Origin: Raillietiella orientalis
Lineage: Eukaryota
NCBI GenBank assembly: GCA_036172245.1
Contig: JAYWIR010000038.1
Coordinates: 1,240,001-1,304,000 of the forward strand
Reading direction: 5' to 3'
DNA length: 64,000 nucleotides
Of this stretch, positions 22,150-34,499 are shown one piece after another. How positions within the stretch are numbered: position 1 is the first letter of the stretch; every line of letters begins with the position of its first letter. A program made the translations under genes and the position numbers. The notes beneath the pieces were generated by a model that saw only the letters and a list, made by a program, of their open reading frames with translations, did no database searches and was not told where the DNA came from.

Positions 22150-24200
22150 TTCCTATTCGCTTTTTTCCGGCTGCCTCATGAGCCCAGGAACACTCTCGCG
22201 CGCTGGCGGGAGCCAACCGCTGGTTCCCGCGTGGCCCAGGAAGGAGACGCGCTCGTAAGCAGCAGAGCCGTCGCCTCCTGGCCCCGCAGGGCCACTTTCC
22301 CGACTTTGCCGTTCTCAGTGGGTACCTCCTCCTCGCTCCTGACAACCGCCATCCGCGGAAACCTCCCGCGCAGGGACGGCCGGTTCCCTGCCATGGGGCC
22401 GATGGCTGCCGCGGCGGCAGCCGCCCCGCCAGCACCACTCTGGTCCCGTCGCTGGCGCCAGGAGTCCCTGCAGATCGCTTCCCTTTGGCGTCCCGACTTC
22501 CTTCCCCGTTTCTTCCCTCGGCCGGCTCCTCTGGACGAAAGGTGGCGCCTTCCTGTGCACCCACGGGCTTTCCGGGCCAGCCGGGCCTCTTCCATGGAAA
22601 CGCTTGTCGAGTCACCGGAGGGGGGGGCCACCAGGTGGGGAGCAGAATGGCAGATTGTTGAGAGGAGGTTTTAGGGGGCCATCCTCCCGGGCAGCAAATG
22701 CAGTCCACATGGAAAGGGGGTGATGGTGGTGGGGAGAACCCCAGAAAAGGGAAGGCACGCTTCCCCCTTCCCCCTGGAGGCCGTCCGTCGGCGTGCGCCT
22801 GCGCGGGGACTCCCACAGCAAAGGACTGCTGCCCAGAGAGGAGGCCCCTGGGCTCTGGACTCACCTCCTCCCGCCCAGCCACTCATGTCCTCGGCCCCTC
22901 CCTGGCAAGGAAGAGTCCAGGAGTGGTCAGTCGCGGTCAGTCGCGGCTGGGTCGGCGAGGAGGGGGAACAAGGAAGGCCCGTGGGGGATTCCTGGCCCCA
23001 GGAATAGGGCCGTCCCAGCGAGCGACAATGAGACCCTTAGCGCCTCGCCCAGGGGGCGGCCGGGAGCCTTCCCGCTTCAGCTGTCGCCGGCCAGCGTAGC
23101 AGCGGCCTGAGGGCAGCGGCACCTCCCGGTTTGTCGGGGCCTGGGGGACGTCGTCCTCAGAGAAGAGGGGTGAGGGGTCCCAGCCTGACGCTGGCCCGAC
23201 GACAGCGCTCGAGGGTGGTCGCGGAGGAGACACGCAACAGAATGGGATCGCCACCCCCGAGAGGCCATCCCTGCCAGCTCCCGGGAAAAGTCCGAGGGTG
23301 CTCCTGAGTCCGAGGTCCCCAGGAGGACGTGGGAACAGTCGGGAAAAGGAGACTTCTCAACCGCCCGAGCTGGACCTCATTGCCTCGGGGAAGCGGAACG
23401 CTGGATGGTGCTTCCTGCCCTCCTTCCGCGGGTTAGGGCGGAATGGCCAGGCGTTTCACGTAGCAGCGACCCCTCTTCATCCGAACGAGGACTCACCCTC
23501 CTCCCTCCCGTCTCGATTGCCCCCTCTCAGAGCTGAGTGGCTGACCTCATTTCCACCACTGCCGGAGCACTCGGGGTCAGCCCCCCGCATGTCTTCCCAT
23601 TTCCCTCCCCTCGGAGGCGCGCCGGAGAGGAGTCGCTCTGGGTCACCATCAGGGGCACGGGTGGGCCTGAGGAGGTGGGCGCACCCATGGGAGCGAGGCG
23701 ACGAGATCGGAGCCACTGGTCCCCTGGGAGGACCTCTCCGAGATGACGGAGGGAGAGTGTTGTTTCCAAGACTCCTTAGGATTGCCCAGTTTGCCCAGTC
23801 GATCTCCCATGGCGCGTGGGCGGGACTTCCCAGAGCCAACGGCAGGTTGATTGCCTGCCGTTCGGATCCGAGCCATCCGTGCCGCTCTCTAGCGTGCGCA
23901 GAGCTCGAGGAGGAGGAGGAGGAGGGGAAAGGCAGACACTTCTTACAGAATGCAGGCTGCGGGCTGGAACCCCGGCTCCGTCCTATGGCAGGGTGGCACC
24001 TCCCCTGTGCTCGCGCACCGCGGGTCCTCGCCATCTCCGCCGAGCAGTCGGCAGCAGCGGGTCTGCCACGCCGCCGTCTCCGGTGGATACCGGGACGGCT
24101 TTGCTCTCCTATCCACTGCCCGGTCCTCCACCACTGAGAAGGCTGATTGCCGCTTTTCCTCTGCGCTGTGGTCATGACCACGGAGGGCTGCCTCTGTCCC
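22150..24200 (-). mobile_element. Decayed LINE fragment (endonuclease end, linker, RT start)
   Basis: HGWLGSERQAINL (GSDH.PI), EIDWANW, PPFHVDCICC (PF...EL) and FPWKRPGWPGKP (WK....KPGK). Confidence 0.4.
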
Positions 24201-25769
24201 TGTTGATGCTCTTGCAAAGGTAAAGGGTGTGTACAGGAAAGCGAGTACGGGAGCACGAGTAGCACGAGTACCTCGCTGCCTCTCGTGCTCGCTTCTCGGC
24301 CTTTTGGCTAGGATCAAAGTGGGATCAAAGTCTCTGACCCTTCTGTCCGTACACGCGCGAGTGTGCATTCTGGATGCACACGCAGGAAGAGCAAGGAGGA
24401 AAGTGAAGGAGAGAAAGGGAGTGGAAGGGGAACGAATGAAGCAAATCAGAAGCGCCAAAGGAAGGCAACTTTCAAGAGATCAATGGAAAAAGCGCCGAAT
24501 AGAACAGGGGAAGCTGCTCAGCAGGGCCAGAGAAATCTGAATCGTTCCAGAGGGATGGGAGGACTTCCGTTTTGGCTTGCCGAAAGATGCCAGTAAGCGG
24601 GGACTGGGAAACGGAGAGTAAGGAAGGAGGCTTTTTAGGAAAAGCAAGAAGTCGTGCTTCTCCGCCTCCCCCTTCCCCCTCTCTCCCCTTTTTTCCTCCC
24701 GTTTCTTTCTTTGTCTCCTGCACGAAAGATGCACTTCTGCGTGAAGCTCACGCATGGGTCAAGAGCTAGAGTCTCTTCGGATCTCGGACCCCAACTGATC
24801 CTCGCGCACGGTGAATGCGGCTGCTTACGTCAGCGGTGACGTGTGAGGAGTGCGCGCTCCGAAGAGATTTTCCGTGCTTCGGAGACGACGCTCGTCGAGC
24901 TACACAGCGATGCAGCAGAAAAAGATATATATATAAAAAAAAAAGAAAGAAAGAAAGAAAGGAAAAAAAAAAGGGGGGGGGGAGAAAGGTTCCTTCTGAG
25001 GGAAACTTTGGAGAATGCGCACCGCTCCCGCCCGTCATTTCCGAAGCAGCGCCGCCACTCCATCCCGTCCTCCTTTCTCCCGATCAATTAGGTGTTTACA
25101 CGAGTCGTAATACCCCTTGATGCAATCCTCGCGTTCTTCCGCACAATGGGGGAGGAAGGGACGGAAGCAGCAGCTTCCACCGCATTCCGCAGCTGGAAGA
25201 GTTCACGGAGTCACGGCATTGCATGGCTGCCGCCGATGCCGCCTCGCAGGCGCACGTCCAGAGAGACCCCCGCCAGTATTGGCCCGGATCCAGGACCAAC
25301 AGGTGATCCTCCTCAGCTGGATGGAAGGGGGAAAAAGCGGTTCCGACATCGGGCGGCTCGCAGTTTCCAGCGCCCCCATAAACGCCGTCGGCTCCTTCAA
25401 AAAAAGAAAAAAAGAAGGGACGGCGGAGAGCGCGCGCCGTCCAGGGCATTGCGAGCAGCCCGCGGCCCGGATACACTGCGCGCGCGGGGCGGGCGAGTTT
25501 TCCGGGGGATGCCTCCCGCGCGCCTGCTGCTGCTGCTGATGGCTTTCCAGACGCCGCCTGCCTCTCCCTCCGGGAGGTGGCGGGCGGGGGAATTCACGCT
25601 CGGCTGAGGAGCGTCACAGGAACCAGGTGGGCACCGCTGCCTCCGGGATCCGCCAGTCTTCCCCGCCCGAGGTTCGCCGCTCGGCCCCGCGGGGGCAGAG
25701 GGAGCCGTGGAAGCGCGGCCCCGAGGGCGGGGGGCAGGCGGGTGGGAAGAACCAGCGTCTTCCCGCTTC

Positions 25770-26545
25770 CTTACCTTCTCCCTGCTTCCCTCCAGCGCAC
25801 GCACCAGGAGCCCTCGCCCTTCCGGCCGCAAGACGAAAAGCGAAGCACCCGCTGCCGACGGTCGCTCCGCTTGACGCCCCCTCCTCCTACTCGTGCCCTC
25901 GCATTCCCCGAACGAAGGGCGAAAAGAAGGGAAGGGAAAGAGGTAGGGACCGGAAGATTCTCCCTCCGTGGACCCCGGACTCCTTTCACGATAGGAAATT
26001 CCCCAGGAGGACCACCCTGTGAATTCAGGAAGGCCCTAGAGTCCGTTCCTCTCTTACGCCGCTCGGGAGGATACCCTCGCTCCGGCCATCCCCGAAGGGG
26101 ACTCCGAAGAGAACCTCCTCTTCCTTGTTCTTCCCGGGGGGACCCTCCAGAAAGGATCCTCTCCCTCTTTCCGTCCTCCTCTGAAGAGAACCCCGGGGGT
26201 TCTTCTTCACTCTCTGGGCAGGTGTCGATCCACCAGTCCCAGATCTACTAGACGCATGGTACACGATGGGAGGGAACCCCGAAGGACTTCTTGGTGTCCT
26301 GAAAGGGCCCCGGAGGATCAACTTCCAATCCCGGCCAGTTGACGGGGGCTTCCATCAGTGCTACGTCACTCAAAGTCAAACGAGGCCAACCAGCGCCATC
26401 TTGCGGAAGGGGGGGAGCTTGGAACCCACAACGCAACCCCCATTTCTCGGGGTCGACCCTTCCCCTTGCGGGACCCAAACCCGCGACTTTCTCGGTGCCG
26501 CACGCCTGCCAGCGCGGGTCTCTTTCCACGGCGCGGAAGACCGGT
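25770..26545 (-). mobile_element. SINE-like family, copy B (reverse orientation)
   Basis: Minus strand reads GCGGCACCGAGAAAGTCGCG followed by GGTTTGGGTCC (decayed B-box, 26471-26481). It then has the same body (CAAGATGGCGCTGGTTGGCCTCG; GTTGATCCTCCGGGG; GGGTTCTCTTCAGAG). Confidence 0.65.
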
Positions 26546-27165
26546 GACGTTAGCGCCAGCGATGCACGCGCGGGCACAGAGCGACGGGCTTTCAATTAAA
26601 GGTGCCCGCGGCGATTTGGAAATCGCCGCCTGTCGGGCGGACTCCTGGCGCGCGTTCGGGCGGGTGTCCATCCACCCGAGGGATCGCGGCGGCGGTGGCG
26701 CGCGTCCTTCGCCTCCTCCAGCTGTGAGCCCCGTCGCCGGCCCTGCCACTGGCCGGGGGCCGTCCCGAAAGGAACGGCGGCCCGGGATCGCCCTTCCGTC
26801 CGCTCGCCTCGTCCGTCTCCACTATCTGCCACATGCTGGCTGACAGCCCCCCGCTCCCGCGCGGACTAATTGGAGCTGCGCTCGCTCTGGGAGCGGGCGA
26901 TCCGTTGCCCCGGGGGACGGAGGAAGGGGGGGGGACCACTCGGCGGCGAGATGAAAGGGGGTATCTCTCGAAGGCGGGTGCGGGGAGCTCCCGGCTTATC
27001 CTCTCCTCCCTCCCTCCCTCCCTCCCGGTCCTCGCGCGCGCGAAGCAGCCCGCATTGTCGCCGGGTCCGCCGCCCGTTACGCGCGTGCGATGAATGAGTG
27101 CGCACCTGATTATGCGGATGGCATGGACCGGGGTCGGATCGCGGAGCCACCTGCTCCCGCAGGGT

Positions 27166-27208
27166 TCGCTCTGTGTTCCGTCCCCATGGCGACCGGAACA
27201 CAGAGCGA
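27166..27208. repeat. Perfect 15-bp inverted repeat (hairpin, 13-nt loop)
   Basis: TCGCTCTGTGTTCCG (27166-27180) and CGGAACACAGAGCGA (27194-27208). Confidence 0.9.
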
Positions 27209-28249
27209 GGTTCCCCCTTCTTCACCCTTCCCCGCTCCCGGCGGGCACGCGGGACTCCCGCGGAGACCCGGGAAGAGCGGCGCCGTGGCGGGAAGAGCGG
27301 ATCACAGCCCTTCCTCGCGACGGATTCCGCCCCATGTTCTAGCGACGGAAGGAGGGAAGAGGGAAGGCCGGCGGCGGGCGACGCGAGAGCGAGTGGCGAG
27401 CGAAGGGGGTGGCAGCGCGGACCGGGGACGACGTACACCCCGCCCCGCTGGAGCGGTCCCTTTGACACCGCGCGGCCCGGCGACGGCTTCGCTTCGCCTC
27501 CCCCGCTCCCTCTCGCCCTCAGGAATCCGATAAGAGGCGGCCGGCTCGCTGCTGACCGGTGCGGAGGACTCGTCCCGCCCGCCTTCTCTCATCTTCCAGA
27601 TCGCGAGGATGCGGATGATGGCCGAGGTCATTACGGCGAGCCTCCGTCGCGCGCCGACGGTCAAAGGCGAGCGACGCTCCCCGGAGCCGATGCTGCCAGC
27701 TGATTACGTCAAGGCGTCGCGGAGGCCGTCGCGACGGAGGAGCCGGGAAAACGGCTGGGAGAGATTCCCCGCCCCTGGGAGCAGTGGAATTCCCAGCGCG
27801 ACCGGAGCTCAGAGGGCGTGCGCCAACGCCAGAGGCGGGCGGCCGCAAGAGGAGTGGATCAGCGACGAGAAGTCCAGAGCACCCATAGGCAGTCGAATGG
27901 CGCGTGCGAACCCACCGGTCTCGATCACGAGGTAGTCCAGGCGAGCCCGAGGGAGAGAGCGGAGGGCTCTGGAAGTTGCATTTAGGGGGACCGATTAACG
28001 CCGCTCGCGGAGCTCCCGAATCTTCATCGTCATTGCTTCAAACGTGCGCGTTTCCCCGTACAGGATGACGCGCACGGACACTTTCCCAACACAAGGCATC
28101 TTGTGGAGCAGAACCGAATCCCTGGGATCAAAGATCAGCACCACAGACCATCCCAGTCTTTGCAAATGTCTACAAGAAGTTGCCTTTCGAGGGTAGGGTA
28201 GGGAGCATCAGATCTGATAGACCAAGGAGTTCACCCTCGAGGCGCCTTC

Positions 28250-29700
28250 TTGGTCCACCAGGAAAGGAGGGAGACGAGACAGCGCGGGTGGGTCTGACAA
28301 GGGTCTGACGCGGCGCCTCGGGTGGGCGCAGGAAGCTGGCGGGAGAGTCCGATCGGCTGGAACGACGCGCAGCTCCGAGCAGATGTCGCTATGGCTCCGT
28401 ATGAAGCCAGAGGAAGGATAAAAGTCGATGGGGTCCAGTTTTCTCAGGAAGCCACTGCGGCCAGGGTCGCACGAGTCCGGAACACTGGTCGCGGCACAGC
28501 GTGCCACGACTGAGAAGCCTCGCGGCCTCCCAGCCATGGTGGAGCACAACGCCTTGGCACCCTCCGAGCAGCCGGAGCTTCCGCCAAGATCCCCCTCGCT
28601 TCGCAATGGGAGCGCAGCTCCTGTGGCGACCAGACTCGCGGGAGGACGAGAGCTCCATGCCTGGGCACGGACGGTCTCCAGAGTCAAAGATGGCGGATCG
28701 TGGAATCGGTGGTGCGGTCGGCGGTAGGCGTAGCACCACGGCTCAGGGATGAAGGAAGACCACTCCAGCCTTCTCGGGATCCGAAGGATGGGACACACGT
28801 TTTAGGTGATCAGGAGGAAGATGAGAAGGCGACGACGACGACGATGATGATGACGAGGAGAAGGAGGAGGAGAAGGAAAGGGAAAGAAGGTAGATGAAGA
28901 AGATAAAGATGAAGAGGAAGGAATGATGATGAAGAGGAATGGGGAGGACGAAGATAGGAAGAGAAAGAAGGAAAGAAGATGGGGGTAAGAAAGAAGGAGG
29001 AGGAGGAGGAGGAAGGAAAATGCCGGTAAGGAGGAAGGGAGGAAAGAAGCAACATGAGAAGAGGAGGAAGGAGGGGGCTGAGGATGAAGATAAAGAGAAG
29101 GAGGAGGAGAAAACTTGCGCTTCATCTCCAAGCATCCTCTCAGAGCGGCGAGCTGGTAGGCGGCGGTGGAGTCTTGCACGAGGGCCTTGCAGCCCACCAT
29201 CCCGGCCCCGCGGGTCCGACGAGCCCTTCAGCTAGCGAAAACGGCGGCCCTTCCTCCGATTGGGCTCCCGTGCTCTCGTACCTGGCGAACTGTCTCCCTC
29301 TGGACCTGCACCCCCTCTCGGAGTCGTCCAGTCTTTCTCTTCTGTCCTTCCTTCCTTCTCTTCCCGAATGCAGAAATTGCATAAGAGGCTTGCAGAGGGA
29401 GGAGTCTAAAGGAAAGATCCCTCCCCCTCGCATCGGCAGGTAAGGCAAAGCACGCAGGTCGAAGCTTCCAGATCATCCCGACCTCCGTCCGCGATCTCGA
29501 AGTCCGCGAAAAACGTTTAACCGGCGTGTCCACCTCACCGATCCCACCCAGGGCAGTGCCCGGAGAAGGGGGAGAGGCAAGGGTGGAGGTACAGAAGTCC
29601 CCGTTGAGCGGCACACAGCAGCAGCTGCTAGAACTCCAGCCTCCCCCTCCGCCTGATCTGCCCCCTCCAGGAGGTGTGAGTTAGGTGAGCCTCGTAGAGC
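28250..29700 (-). mobile_element. Decayed LINE fragment (post-RT region and RNase H), interrupted by a purine tract at ~28815-29110
   Basis: KLRPACFALPADA (LR...GLP), then SLVATGAAL (EL.AI..AL), GCSEGAKAL (SDS.SAL) and GFIRSHSDICSE...ADR (W.PSH.GI.GNE.AD). Confidence 0.55.
28815..29110. repeat. Purine-rich (GGA/GAA/GAT) low-complexity tract
   Basis: Visible directly in the sequence. Confidence 0.85.
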
Positions 29701-31059
29701 ATGCACTCGCAGGGAGGACGCGGCTGGGGCGCTAGTCGGACCGGGGCTTCTGGGGGGCAGGGGGGCTGCTAGACTCGCCTGCTATCCTGAGCTTTCGTAT
29801 CTCCCGGCGGCATGAGGAGGCATCGGGCGAGGGGGCCGGCTGCCCTGCGCCTCGCCCCGCCTCTGGTCCCAGGGCAGAAAGGCGCGCGACGGGGCTGCCG
29901 TCTTCGGTGGACGATGCCAGTTCCTGTGTTGCGTCCCGGAAGTCACCTCAGTCCTGGTCTCCACGAAATGTGCTCCCCCGAGGGAAGGGTCCACCTCCTA
30001 GGCGGAAAAGTCCCCCTTCCCCGGGCCGCTCCGTTTCTCCTGCACGCCTTTCCGCTACGTGAGAGAGCAGCCTTTTCCCGGGTTCCCCCCCGACGGACTG
30101 CTGCAGGCGCGCGCAACCTGCTGGATCTTCGAGGCCTTGCGGCTATCTCGGAGCGCAGTTCGATCTCCGGACCCCGGAGCCGTCCCTTGCTGGGGAGGGC
30201 CCTTCCCTTCTTCCTGGAAAGATCCCGGAGGAGCTCGCCGCGCGCGCCTCATCCACCCGCGGGGTGCGGCGGCGTCCGCTCGAATGGATGTGGCGCTTCC
30301 CGCCGTTTCCAGGCCGGCCGCCGCCGAGGGCGGAAACGAGCGGAAGCGTCGCGGGCGTGCGGGGGAGGAGGCGTGGTCAGACAGCGGACGCAACTGCTGT
30401 CCTCGCGAGATCAAGGGCTCCCGGAGGCTACCAGAGAGAGGGTTCCCCTCAGACCGGTAGCAACCGCCCCCGCCGCTCGGTCCATCGCGTCCCGCCTCCG
30501 CCGCCGCAGGCGATCTTCCTCGCGTCTGTTGTTCCGGGAGATCGTCCGGTCCCCCCTCCGTGGATTTATCGGTCCTCTCCTCCATCACGCACCTGGCAGA
30601 GGCGGCGGCCGTAGCAGCATCTCATCCACTTGCGCGGAGCTGTAAATTTTATCGCCCAGCATCCTGAATGCCCTCCGCTCTTCCTCTCCCTTCCCCAGAT
30701 GCAGAACCCCGGGACGCAAACACCTTTTCTTGCGCGATCGGCTCAATCGAGGCTACCCCTATTCATCCCTGCCTGTGATTGACGCGCAGGCTGCCGCGTT
30801 GCTACGCAACCCCCTCCTCCCTCTTCCCTTTCCCTCCCTGTCTCGAGCGGGGGGACCGAGGCGAGGCCGCGGCCGCCGAGCCGGTGGGCGCGCGTGCGAG
30901 CTCGCGAGCGAGAGAGGGAGAGGCTGCGAGCCTCGTGGCGAGCGCACGTTCGCCCTCTTCCTCCGGGATGCTCTTTTGGCTGCGCCTCATCCGGAGCCGC
31001 CGCTGCGTCCTCTCTCGCAGGTGGAAGCCTTCCCGCCAAACAGCAAGGTGGGAAAAGTA

Positions 31060-31210
31060 CATAGAAAAGAGAGGGAGAGGGAAGGGAGAAGGAGGAAAGG
31101 AGGAGGTGGAAAAAGAGAGGAGGTGAGGGGCAAAAGGAAGGGAGGAAGGAGAAGGAAAGAAGAGAAAGAAGGGAGGAAGAGGAAAAGGAGAGGAGGAAGG
31201 GAGGAGGAGC
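31060..31210. repeat. Purine-rich (GA) tract
   Basis: Visible directly in the sequence. Confidence 0.85.
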
Positions 31211-34200
31211 CATTTTCCCAGGGAACTCGACGGCGGTCTCCTCCGGAGGATCGACTGCAAGCTATGGGCGAGTCCTCGCCACGGGAGGAGTTCCCTTCCC
31301 AGCAGACGCGTTCTCTTCTTTTTTTCTTCACCTCCTTCAACCTCCTCCTTCACCACCTCCTGCCTCCATGGGCCTCTCTCGAAAGCTCCGGGGACGCGAA
31401 TCATTGAGTCCGAAAGCGAGAGCAATGAACCGGGCCAGGGGGCGCGCGAGGAGCCTTCCGGATGCACTCGCCCGGGGAAACTCCATCCTTTCCTTCCTCT
31501 CCGCTTCCGAGCGCCCCCAGCGGGCGAGTTTGGAGCCAGGCGCGATCCGCCGCCGCGCGAGCGAGCTGCAGCAGGGGCGACCCCGGCATCTCCTCGGTCC
31601 GGGGTCGCCCCCTACCCCTCTCGCCTCCCCGGAGGTCGCCTATCCCGCGCGCTCTCCGGAGGCGCGCCGCTGTCGCTGAGGTCGCTATGGACGCATCGTT
31701 CTCTCCTCCCGCGCCCGCCTGCTCTCCGGCCAGCCCGGACTGCCTCGCTCCCTCCGCCGCCGCTCTTCCGCGAGGGCAGGGAGCCTCCCGGATTCCGGGA
31801 CACGTGGCGTCCCCCGGCGCGTTCCGCCGGTGCGCCGGGATTGAATGAGGAAGGCGGACGCCGGTGCCCCCCCTCCCCGCCGCGTTGCCTCCTCGCAGCG
31901 GCAGCCAGCCCGAGGGGAGCCTCCCCGTGTTTGACCCGCCCGTGACGCAACTCGAAGGGAGCGCGCCCCATTGTTCCTCCATTGTCCTTCTGTCCCCCGG
32001 GCGCGCGCGCGCGCGCCGCGTTGTTTCCTCCCGAGGGGCGGCCTGCGCGCGTTACCTGCGATGGAAATGGCCGCCGCCGCCGCGAGGGGAGCGGACGGGA
32101 AGGGAAGGGAGAGAGGAGGGGGAGAGGGGGGGGGAGGGGCAGGAGCGGTGCGATGAGCACAATGGGTGCCCCACAATGAGGGCGTCCCGTCGGGGGAAGA
32201 AAGGAAAAGGAAAAAAAAAAAAAAGGGACGGAGGGGGAGGGAGGGAGAGGGGAAGATCCTGGCCGCCAGGATGCCCCTCTTTTATCCCCGCTTTCTTTTC
32301 TTGCAGGAGCTTTCATCCCTCCGGCCGGTCCCTTCCGGGGGATGCAGGCCGAGGGAGATGAAAGCCGCGTCGCGCGCGTCCCCCGGCAACTCAGGGACGC
32401 TCGCTGCTTAGCTGCACGCGAGCGGACGCGCGCGCGAGGGAGGGAGTGGGATGGGGCGGAGGGCCATCGGTGCGCTCGCGCGGTCCAGGGAAGCAGAGGA
32501 GGCGGGGAGGAAACATCTGGGGAGCGCGCGCGCTTCGTCTGCCCGCCTTCCGCGCTCCGAGAGGCGGCGGGGCGCAGGCCGCCTGTCGTCGTCAGGGAAA
32601 TGGTGACGCCCGCCCGCCGTCGCCGCCGTCACCTGGCTGGCGCGGCGTATCGGCGGCGCCCTCTACCGGACCCGGAAGCTTCACTTTCGGTCCCCACTTT
32701 CAGTCCCTAAACCGAAAGGGACGGGGAGACCTCCATCGAAGGGCGATCCCTCGAAAGGGAGGGGGAGAAGAATTGACCCGGTCCTCCCTTCGCCCGATGC
32801 GGAGCGCGGTGGCAAGGAGGGCCAGGAGTCTCCCTTCCGAGGCTTCCTCCGGCACTTCGCCCGCGGGCTGCCCTGCAGGAGTCTCCCCGCAGCTATGCGC
32901 ACCTTCCTCAGGACCTTCGACCCTCCCCCTCGTGACCCGCCGAGGTCACGCTTCTCGGAGCACGGCACTCCGGGGTCCGCTCGCACGCGCGCTCTCCCGA
33001 GGTCCCGAGTAGGCCGCGTCCAGGGGCGCCCCTCGGACGGCAGCCGCCTTTTGTCCTGCGTACACACGGACGCTCCGGGAGCTCGCGGACCCGAGAGGGA
33101 CCGTGGGGAAGAAAAAGGGCGGGGGTGGTGGGGGAAGCCGGACGGGGAGGAGGGGCGCCCTGCCCCAGACCGCTACAAATTGCGCTTTTCAGGGAGCGGC
33201 GCGTTTCCCGGGAGGGGGTGCCGTGGCAACCCGCCGCCCGGCGGCGCAGGGGCACTTTTCATCCGCAGCGCCCTCCGAGGGCGAGGCTCGAGGGGGGGGG
33301 AGAGCGCCGGGAAGGGGCGCGAAGGGCCCCTTCCCTTCCTGCCCATATCGGCGCCCCTCCCAGACGGCTGGAGCAGGGCGTGGGGAGAGGGGTCTTGGCC
33401 AGTCGGTCTCCTCTCTCTCTCTGCCCTCGGTGGCTATTTCCTCCGTCCTCATCGCAACACCTCCACGGAGGGATCCCCGGGTCGAAGGAGGAGGGCCGCC
33501 CGCGCAGCAGAGGCGGGAGCGCCCTCGGCCGTGGCAGCAGGGCGCCGCTCCCTCCCTGCCGGAAAGGTCGCGCGCGCCTCCCTTTGTTCCTTGCCCGCTC
33601 CTCGCGGGCGAGGGCCCTCCCGCTGAGCCGGGGCCGGCGCCGGGACTCACGCTGCGCGGCACGCTTCCAGGAACTTCCCCTCCCCACTCCTCCACCCACC
33701 CTCCCGTGTGAGGGAGGATCCGGTGACTGCGCCCGGGATGCGCGCGCGGTGGAGAGCGGGGGAAGAAGGGGGCAACCCCGACCTCCGCAGGTGCCCTGGG
33801 GCAAAAAAGCGAGGCGGCGCAGCGGCTGGTTCATGCCGCCGGAGGGAACGCAGGCGGCAGATGGACGCAGCGCCGCGCGGCGGCGGTGGGGCGCGAGCGC
33901 TTCCCTTCACGACGGACAGGCGGCGCCGACACGCGCGTGCCTGCCGCCGCCCACGCAGCACGTCTCCGGAGAGCCGCACGCTCCATCTCTGGGAGCCGTC
34001 CGGGTGGTGGTGGCAGACTGCCCTCCTCGGATCCCACCCAAACCCCTGGAGGCGGGGAACAAAAAGGAGAGTTCCTTCTCCCCCCCCCATCCCTTACCCG
34101 TTTCCCCCTTCGCCCACCCTGCTGCTTGTCAGCGACGGTGAAGTTGCGAGGCTCCCCAAGGATTGAGTCACGGAAAACTGCAGCCCCGCCGGGCCCAGGG

Positions 34201-34249
34201 TCAAAGAAGGTGCGTCCCTTCCAGGAGCAGATCTCCCAGCGGAAAGGAG

Positions 34250-34495
34250 CCAAGAGGAAGGGAGGAGGGAAAGGGCAAGGAGAGAAAAGAGTAAAAGGGG
34301 GGAAGAGGAGGAGGAAGAAGGGAGGAGGAGGAAAGGAGGGGATGAGGAAGAAGGGCAAGGTAAGAAAAGAGTAAAGGGGGGGAAGAGGAGGAGGAAGGGA
34401 GGAAAAAGGGAAGTGGAAGGGAGGAGGGGGAAGGGCAAGGAAAGAGAAGAGGAAGGGGAAGGGAAGGGGGAGAAAGGAGGAGGAAGAAAAGGGAT
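34250..34495. repeat. Purine-rich tract with an internal ~80-bp-period duplication
   Basis: AAGGGCAAGG...AGAAAAGAGTAAA.GGGGG.AAGAGGAGGAGGAAG occurs at ~34272 and ~34351, with a third AAGGGCAAGG at 34431. Confidence 0.8.
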
Positions 34496-34499
34496 GTTT

